From NCBI GenBank assembly GCA_027339965.1, contig DAHWNL010000006.1, positions 32,001-96,000 on the forward strand: a DNA stretch of 64,000 bases, given 5' to 3'. Each line of letters begins with the position of its first letter. Position 1 is the first letter of the stretch. A program made the position numbers and the translations under genes. Under the pieces are notes generated by a model. That model did not search any database and had not been told where the DNA came from. It saw only the letters and a list, made by a program, of their open reading frames with translations. Shown here piece after piece: positions 57,395 to 64,000 of this stretch. Source of the stretch: Granulicella sp. (GTDB taxonomy: Bacteria; Acidobacteriota; Terriglobia; Terriglobales; Acidobacteriaceae).

Positions 57395-59833
57395 TTAGCT
57401 ATTCCCTGCACGCGGTTGACCGCCGGGGCTGCCACCCGGGCGGCGGCCACGCCGGCGGCGATTGCGGCGCTGACTGCTGGGGCGTGATCCAGGCTGCGAG
57501 GCGGAATCGCCCTGCGCCTGACCAGCCGCTACCTCCAACGGCTCGGCTCCCTCTTCGTCCCCGTCAAAGTCATCCTCATCTTCGAAGTCCTCTCCGCCTT
57601 CCACGACGATAGTCTCCTCGTGAAGAGGCTGAACCGGAGCGGTTCGCTCAGGACGCTGTCCGCGCTCTCCACGATCACGGCCGCCGCGCTCTGCGAACTC
57701 CCCTCCACCGCTGTGCTCGGAGACGGGAGGCAAGCCGAGTTTCTCGCGCTGCTCGCGAAGCACAGCCTTGCGCGAGAGCTTGATCCGATTGCCTTCCATG
57801 GAAAGCACCTTCACCAGAACCTGATCCCCTTCGCGCAGCTCATCCTTGACCTCGCGAACTCGATGCTCGGCAATCTCGGAGACATGGAGAAGGCCGTCCG
57901 TTCCAGGAAAAATCTCTACAAAAGCGCCAAACTCCGCCAACCGGACCACCTTGCCCAAATAGGTCTTTCCGATCTCGGGAACCGCCGTGATGTCGGAGAT
58001 CATCTGGATCGCCTTGGCCAGACCCTCGGCATCCGAAGAGGCCACATTCACGCGACCCGTATCGTCCACATCGATTTTCACCCCGGTCGCGTCGACGATG
58101 CCGCGGATCACCTTGCCGCCGGGACCAATCAGATCGCGGATCTTATCGGTTGGAATCTGCAGGGTGTGGATGCGTGGCGCATAGATGCTGGTCTGCTCGG
58201 CAGCGCGCGAGATGACCGAATCCATAATGTCCAGAAGGAACAGACGGCCACGGCGGGCCTGTTCGAGCGCCTCGCGCATGATCTGGGTCGTAATCCTCGT
58301 GATCTTGATGTCCATCTGCAGGGCGGTAATCCCGTTGCGGGTGCCCGCCACCTTGAAGTCCATGTCACCGTAGTGGTCCTCGGCTCCGGCGATATCAGTA
58401 AGAATGGCGTATTGATCACCCTCCTTCACCAGTCCCATGGCCACTCCGGCCACCGAACCCTTGAGGGGAATTCCGGCCTGCATCAGGGCCAGAGATGCGC
58501 CGCAGACTGTGGCCATCGAACTGGATCCGTTCGACTCCAGGATGTCAGAGACCACTCGCAGGGTATAGGGAGAATCCTCTTCTCCGGGGAGAACGGCCTC
58601 AAGGGCTCTCCATGCCAGGGCACCATGGCCGATCTCGCGACGCCCAACACCCGTCATGCGTCCGACCTCGCCCACCGAAAAGGGTGGAAAATTGTAGTGC
58701 AGCATGAAGCGCCGCTTCTGTTCCCCCTCATAGCTCTCCATGCGCTGCGCATCATCGGTGGTGCCCAGCGTCGCGCTCACTAGGGCCTGAGTCTCACCCC
58801 GGGTGAAGAGCGCCGAACCGTGAACGCGGGGGAGAACCCCGGTCTCGATCGTAACCTTGCGAATCTCGTCGAAGGCTCTGTGGTCCGGGCGGATGCGCTG
58901 GTTGAGGACCTGCTCGCGGAAGATGGCCTCGCGCAGAATTTCAAAGTATTTGGAGAGCTTCTTGGCCGCCTCAGCATCGTCGGCTGGAAGCTGCTTTTTG
59001 AGCTCGTCCTTGATCTCCTTGACCTTGGCGTAGCTCTCAAACTTCGGATGCTTTTGCGTGTCCAGAGCATCTTGGAGGCGGTCGCCGATCTTAGCCCGAA
59101 GCGTCCCCAGATACTCTTTATCGATTGCAACTTCAGGAACCTGCCGCTTCGCCTTGCCGGCGCGGCTGACTAAATCCTCAATGGCGGCAACAATCTTCTT
59201 GATCTCGACGTGGGCGAACTCGATGGCGCCGACAACCGCCTCCTCGGGGACCTCCGAAGCGCCCGACTCCACCATCACAATGCCATCTTTGGTGCCGACC
59301 ACCATGATGTTGAGCTTGCTTGCGAGACGCTCGGCGTAGGTGGGGTTCACCAAATACTGGCCATCGATGAAACCGATACGAACCGCGCCCACCGGGCCGT
59401 GAAACGGAATATCGGACAGTGCCAGCGCGCAGCTCGCACCGTTGATGCCCAGCACATCCGGATCGTTCTCCCGATCGGCCGAGAACACGAAGGCTACCAC
59501 CTGCGTCTCGTTGCGAAACGTCTCCGGGAAAAGGGGGCGAATCGGGCGGTCAATCTGACGCGCGGTCAGAATCTCTTTTTCACTGGGACGCCCTTCGCGT
59601 TTGATAAAGCCACCGGGAATGCGGCCGCCAGCATAGGTGAACTCGCGGTACTCCACCGTCAGGGGAAAGAAATCGATACCCTCTTTGGGGTCGGGAGAGG
59701 CCACGGCCGTGGCCAGCACGGCGTTATCGCCACTGGTGGTAAAGGCAGCCCCGGATGCCTGTTTGGCGATACGCCCGGTCTCAAATTGAATCCGCTTGCC
59801 GCCGGCAAGTTCTACTGTCACTTCCTGCTTCAT
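57395..59833 (-). CDS. pnp: Polyribonucleotide nucleotidyltransferase
   Basis: FFPLTV.Y.E, GRIPGGF.KREG, HGSALFTRG.TQ, RREIGHG, GDMDFKVAG, KH and S1 domains. Confidence 0.98.
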   Translation of the reverse strand: MKQEVTVELAGGKRIQFETGRIAKQASGAAFTTSGDNAVLATAVASPDPKEGIDFFPLTVEYREFTYAGGRIPGGFIKREGRPSEKEILTARQIDRPIRPLFPETFRNETQVVAFVFSADRENDPDVLGINGASCALALSDIPFHGPVGAVRIGFIDGQYLVNPTYAERLASKLNIMVVGTKDGIVMVESGASEVPEEAVVGAIEFAHVEIKKIVAAIEDLVSRAGKAKRQVPEVAIDKEYLGTLRAKIGDRLQDALDTQKHPKFESYAKVKEIKDELKKQLPADDAEAAKKLSKYFEILREAIFREQVLNQRIRPDHRAFDEIRKVTIETGVLPRVHGSALFTRGETQALVSATLGTTDDAQRMESYEGEQKRRFMLHYNFPPFSVGEVGRMTGVGRREIGHGALAWRALEAVLPGEEDSPYTLRVVSDILESNGSSSMATVCGASLALMQAGIPLKGSVAGVAMGLVKEGDQYAILTDIAGAEDHYGDMDFKVAGTRNGITALQMDIKITRITTQIMREALEQARRGRLFLLDIMDSVISRAAEQTSIYAPRIHTLQIPTDKIRDLIGPGGKVIRGIVDATGVKIDVDDTGRVNVASSDAEGLAKAIQMISDITAVPEIGKTYLGKVVRLAEFGAFVEIFPGTDGLLHVSEIAEHRVREVKDELREGDQVLVKVLSMEGNRIKLSRKAVLREQREKLGLPPVSEHSGGGEFAERGGRDRGERGQRPERTAPVQPLHEETIVVEGGEDFEDEDDFDGDEEGAEPLEVAAGQAQGDSASQPGSRPSSQRRNRRRRGRRPGGSPGGQPRAGNS

Positions 59834-59914
59834 AGATGTTCCTCGTTTTCTCTATCTTTGCTCTTCGTATAAGCCTTTTCGACGCCCTGCACGGGCCATC
59901 GACCCGGATCCGCC

Positions 59915-59952
59915 AAGACGAAAGCCCCGTCGAAACTGCTTCGGCCGGGGCT
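59915..59952 (-). terminator. Candidate intrinsic terminator between rpsO and pnp
   Basis: Minus strand agccccggccgaagcagtttcgacggggct followed by ttcgtctt. Confidence 0.55.
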
Positions 59953-60205
59953 CTACGGTTTCTGGCTGCGAACTGAACAACGCCGCAGGATGCTTGCCCG
60001 CGAAGAAGAGAGGACGGAGGCGCCGTCGGCTGCCCCCATCCCAGCGATGCCCGTCTGCAGATTCAATCTTTCACCACTCCCGGCTTCGCCCTATCTCGGG
60101 CGAACTCCTGTGGCATCCCTTTCGTTCCTTCCAGGATTGCATCGGCGGTCCCGAGCCCTTAGCATCCGGACCCGGAACGGACCAATCCATACCATCCAGG
60201 ATGGA

Positions 60206-60472
60206 CTATTTGCGGATACCCAGCTTGGCGATGACGTCACGGTAGCGATCCGAATCGGTCTTCTTGAGGTAGTCAAGAAGCCGGCGGCGCTTGCTCACCA
60301 ACATCAGAAGACCACGGCGCGAACCATGATCCTTGGTGTGGGTCTTGAAGTGCTCGGTCAGTTCACCGATTCGCTCACTGAGAATCGCAATCTGCACCTC
60401 GGGACTTCCAGTGTCCGAATCATGCGTGCGAAACTTGGTAATAATCTCTGTTTTCTTCGCTGTTGCCAACAC
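60206..60472 (-). CDS. rpsO: 30S ribosomal protein S15
   Basis: [31 protein letters not shown] and LGIRK; GTG start after AGGAG. Confidence 0.98.
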   Translation of the reverse strand: MLATAKKTEIITKFRTHDSDTGSPEVQIAILSERIGELTEHFKTHTKDHGSRRGLLMLVSKRRRLLDYLKKTDSDRYRDVIAKLGIRK

Positions 60473-60644
60473 GGCGGGTCTTGCTCCTGATCTTCTATGA
60501 GTCTACTTAATCGTAGTTTCCACCTAAAGAATATCATGCGAAGACTCTGGAGCCGGGCGTCCGCGCATCCAAATCTGACTCCCAGTCCCCTCTGTGGACC
60601 GGGAGCCCCATCACAGTCTTGGTTCGATTCCGCCCGAATGTCGA

Positions 60645-61334
60645 CTAACCCAACAGATGCTTGCCCAGAAACTGTAGCGTTCGTTCCCGCGCCAGTTGGG
60701 AGGCCGCGGCGGAAAAGCTGCCGCGAGCATCACAGTTGAATCCGTGCTCCGCTTCCGGGTAGACAAAGACTGTGACATCCGCGTAGCTCTGCTTTCGCAC
60801 GGCGTCGATCTGCTCGACGCCGATATGCGTATCCTTTTCTCCAAAGTGCAACAGGACGGGGCAACTGGGCCTCTCTGAGGCCACACTGCCGATTCCTCCA
60901 GGGTAGTAGCCCACTGTGCAGTCCGGCCGCATTCCGGCTGCCGGTCCCCTGGTTGCGCTCATCCACGCTGTAAGCCCTCCGTAGCAGTAGCCGATGACGC
61001 CGGTCTTGTGGCCGCCCTGCACGTGTTGAAACGCTGCCGCCACATCCCGCAGGGTCGTCTCTGGCTTCAGTTGCTGGTAGAAGCCAAAGGCGCGCTGCAT
61101 GTCGGCACCCTGATAGCTGAGCTCGACGTTGCGCTCAAAGCGGTCGAAGAGCGCCGGCGCTATGGCCAGATAACCCTCCATGGCAAAGCTATCGGCCACG
61201 CTGCGGATGTGGGAGTTGACTCCAAAAATCTCCTGCACCACCACCAGAGCTGCTTTCGCCGCTCCTTTCGGCGTTGCGAGGTAAGCGGATAGTTCGTGGC
61301 CGTCGGCCGCCTTCAGTTGTACCCATTTGCTCAT
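60645..61334 (-). CDS. Dienelactone hydrolase family protein
   Basis: QEIFGVN.HIR, GYCYGG, HFG..D and AEHGF; AGAGGAG RBS. Confidence 0.9.
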   Translation of the reverse strand: MSKWVQLKAADGHELSAYLATPKGAAKAALVVVQEIFGVNSHIRSVADSFAMEGYLAIAPALFDRFERNVELSYQGADMQRAFGFYQQLKPETTLRDVAAAFQHVQGGHKTGVIGYCYGGLTAWMSATRGPAAGMRPDCTVGYYPGGIGSVASERPSCPVLLHFGEKDTHIGVEQIDAVRKQSYADVTVFVYPEAEHGFNCDARGSFSAAASQLARERTLQFLGKHLLG

Positions 61335-61642
61335 GTTGATCTCCTCTTCTAACAGTAGATGACGGTCGAGCCCCTCATCACTGGCGATCTCCTTCTGGGT
61401 CCCCACCTCGCCTGCCGGGCTCGCCATCACAGCACGCCGGCTTGTCTGCTCAGGCACACATATTCCAGAAAAGTCTCTCGGAGGGTTAGATGCCGTGTCA
61501 GGCTTCGATGGCGCATGGCGAGTTCCCGACGGCCATTTTCAGGCAGAGCCGCTTTCGGTCGGAGTAGACTGGAGGACGCATCCCAGAGCCTGTTGGAAGC
61601 AGTGCTGGGAAAACCTCACAACACAGAACGCTCGAAAGGATC

Positions 61643-63034
61643 ATGGTGACATCCATATCAGCGCAAACGATAAACCGGAGAAATCTGCTCCGCTCCATGG
61701 GAGCGATAGCTGGAGACGCGCTTTTTTCCGCCGCCGGATGCGGCGGAAGACCATCTCCCGCGACATCCGCTTCAACCGCGTCCGCCTGGCCACCCTCTCT
61801 GCCCGTTGGAACCTTCTCACCTTCTACGACCGATGATTCTTTTCTTGACGAGATCGAACAGCAGGGCTGCCTCTACTTCTGGGAACAGGCCAGCCCGGAT
61901 AACGGTCAAGTACTCGACCATGCCGCTTATGACCTCAACAGCGCCATGGACACCAGCACCAACGAATCCAGCATCGCCGCCACGGGCTTTGGCCTGAGTG
62001 CACTATGCATCGCCCACCAACGGGATTACTTGCCTCAAGTCCAGATCATCGAGCGGGTACAGACCACATTGGACTTTTACCTGAACTCCATGCCCAACGA
62101 AAACGGCTTCTTTTATCACTTCAACGACGTCAATACCGGGCAGCCGCTCTCCGGATCCGAAGTGTCATCCATCGACACCTCCATCCTCATCTGCGGTGCG
62201 CTCACCGCGCGAGCCTACTTCAACGACGCAACGATCACCTCGCTCGCTACCCAAATCTACCAGCGCGTCAACTGGCCGTGGATGCTCAATGGCCAGTCAA
62301 CCTTCGCCGAAGCCTGGTACCCCTCAAGCGGTTTTGGCCCTTACTACTACAACACCTACTGCGAGCTGATGATGCTTTATCTGCTGGCCATCGGATCACC
62401 CACCCATCCCATCGCTCCTTCGTACTGGAACAACTTTGCGCGGCCCTTGCTCACCTACGAGGGATACACGTACATCAGCAGCAACAGCGATCCGCTCTTT
62501 ACCCAGCAGTACTCCCAGGCATGGTTCGACTTCCGCAACGTGGCCGACGCCTACGCCAACTACTTCAACAACTCGGTCACAGCCACCCAGGCGCATGAGA
62601 CGTTCTGTCTGGGTTATCCGTCGCCGCAAGCTCCCTGGTACACGCAGGACTACTGGGGTATCACCTCCTCGGATTACGTGGGAGGCTACACGGCCTGGGG
62701 CGGACCGCCGGCACAGGGCCCCATCGACGGCACGGTGGTGCCCTGCGCCGCAGCCGGCTCGCTGCCCTTTCTGCCCAATGAGTGCCTTTCGATGCTCGAG
62801 GCTCTCAAAGCCAAGTGGGGAGGAGCCGGCGCATGGTGCCGGTACGGCTTCGTGGACGCCTTTCACCCCTCAGCTAACTGGTATTGCCAGGATGTATTGG
62901 GCATCGATCAGGGCATCAGCGTGCTCATGGCAGAGAACCTGCGCACCGGACTGATCTGGACCACCTTCATGAACAACGCGGAGTGCGGTCAGGCCATGCA
63001 ACGGGTCGGATTCAAGCCGCAGAGCGCTGCATAA
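61643..63034 (+). CDS. Second glycoamylase-family (GH144-like) protein, probable Tat lipoprotein
   Basis: NRRNLL Tat motif and AAGC lipobox; SIAATGFGL, EVSSIDTS, YWGIT.SD, YGFVDAF and LGIDQG. Confidence 0.8.
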   Translation: MVTSISAQTINRRNLLRSMGAIAGDALFSAAGCGGRPSPATSASTASAWPPSLPVGTFSPSTTDDSFLDEIEQQGCLYFWEQASPDNGQVLDHAAYDLNSAMDTSTNESSIAATGFGLSALCIAHQRDYLPQVQIIERVQTTLDFYLNSMPNENGFFYHFNDVNTGQPLSGSEVSSIDTSILICGALTARAYFNDATITSLATQIYQRVNWPWMLNGQSTFAEAWYPSSGFGPYYYNTYCELMMLYLLAIGSPTHPIAPSYWNNFARPLLTYEGYTYISSNSDPLFTQQYSQAWFDFRNVADAYANYFNNSVTATQAHETFCLGYPSPQAPWYTQDYWGITSSDYVGGYTAWGGPPAQGPIDGTVVPCAAAGSLPFLPNECLSMLEALKAKWGGAGAWCRYGFVDAFHPSANWYCQDVLGIDQGISVLMAENLRTGLIWTTFMNNAECGQAMQRVGFKPQSAA

Positions 63035-63360
63035 ATCTCCCGCTGAGCAGGAAGTTTCGGTAACCCCCTGTAGATCGTCCCCCGGGAGATGAACGGTGTC
63101 TTCCTCGACAAAACCGTACCTTCACAAAGCACGCAGCGGACAAGCTCGTCCGCCAAAGTTCCCACCTGTCTTCGGCAGTAAGGCTGACGCCACCCAGATC
63201 ACTTTGTCCAAGGCATTCGAGCAAGATTACGTCCCGAAGTTTGTGGAGGAGCGGTAAAGCGCCGAGCAGGGTACCGCACGAAAGCCGAAGGACTCCTCAA
63301 GGAGCACATGCCGCGAGGAACGATGGGGGCAAGGGAGGAAGCGAGCCAGGAAATGCGAGC

Positions 63361-64000
63361 CTATTCACCGAGACTCTGTCTTTCAACGGAATCCCGGGCC
63401 TGCTCCTGCTGCTCCCATCTATCCATGACGGCAGCTACCAGGCTTTTCAAATTTGGCTCTGCTGCCTCCGCGTGAGGGGGGAGGCCAAGGTCGTATAACG
63501 TCTGCGTGGTGATCGGGCCAATCGAGACACGCAGGATCTCCGACGGAAGCTGGAGGCTTGCGCTCTCCAACAGAGCCACAAGGTTGGTAACGGTAGAACT
63601 GCTGGTGAAGGTAATTGCATCTGGCCACTGCGCTCGCGACGAGAAGATCTCCACCATAGCGGCGGTAGAACTCTCGGGGACGATGTTGCGGTAGACCGGT
63701 GCGATGGTGAGCTCGGCTCCGGCGCTTCGAAGAGTATCGGGAAGGACCTCCCGGGCCACCTCCGCACGGAGGAGAAGCAGGCGCGATGGTGACCCGTCGG
63801 GACGACGCGTATGGGGCAAAAGCGCCTCCGCCAAAGACTCAGCAACCGCCTGGGGCGGGATCAAATCCACGCGCCAGCCCACAGCCTCAAGGGCGTGAGC
63901 CGTAGCCTCGCCGATAGCTGCTACCTTAGGCCCTGAAGGCAGCCCGGCACGAACCGTCTTCAAACGGCGCACGAAGAACTCCACGGCGTTGGCACTGGTA
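63361..64000 (-). CDS. hemD: Uroporphyrinogen-III synthase, N-terminus outside the window
   Basis: TSANAV..F, AAIGEATA..L, L...L...GA, VYR, FTSSSTV and SIGP.T. Confidence 0.88.
   Translation of the reverse strand, partial: TSANAVEFFVRRLKTVRAGLPSGPKVAAIGEATAHALEAVGWRVDLIPPQAVAESLAEALLPHTRRPDGSPSRLLLLRAEVAREVLPDTLRSAGAELTIAPVYRNIVPESSTAAMVEIFSSRAQWPDAITFTSSSTVTNLVALLESASLQLPSEILRVSIGPITTQTLYDLGLPPHAEAAEPNLKSLVAAVMDRWEQQEQARDSVERQSLGE

Noticed and set aside
1..64000. Prophage, IS, defence system, rRNA or tRNA genes
   Set aside because: No integrase, transposase, phage structural, nuclease/defence motifs or tRNA/rRNA signatures were recognised by eye; tRNAscan-SE, Infernal and DefenseFinder would confirm.

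Overview
GC-rich bacterial chromosome segment. The gene set and protein styles (lone TonB and TolC proteins, Hfq-like paralog, RecA-like ImuA, GH39/glycoamylase genes) suggest Acidobacteriota, probably Terriglobia; this is inference. About 44 genes, mostly housekeeping (lpxD, tmk, uvrA paralog, lspA, ileS, tsaC/sua5, holB, truA, degP, pnp, rpsO, hemD, a CCA/poly(A)-polymerase-family nucleotidyltransferase). Also present: an imuA-imuB-dnaE2 mutagenesis cassette, L-rhamnose catabolism genes, a GH39-GH39-glycoamylase (GH144-like) cluster and a second glycoamylase paralog. The best candidate for an undescribed system is a co-oriented cluster at 38016-45289 (D-aminoacylase, PLP D-amino-acid deaminase, GH2 exo-beta-glucosaminidase, APC permease), which reads as a chitosan/oxidised-chitin (glucosaminate) catabolic route. 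Other signals: long charged disordered tails on RNA 3'-end enzymes, a TANNNT box 6-7 nt before at least seven start codons (leaderless genes), a CGAA-N7-CGAA operator at the imuA promoter, a SprT/YgjP-like protease with an apparent dead internal duplicate, and several short intergenic tandem repeats. No rRNA, tRNA, CRISPR array, transposase, integrase or phage gene was recognised.
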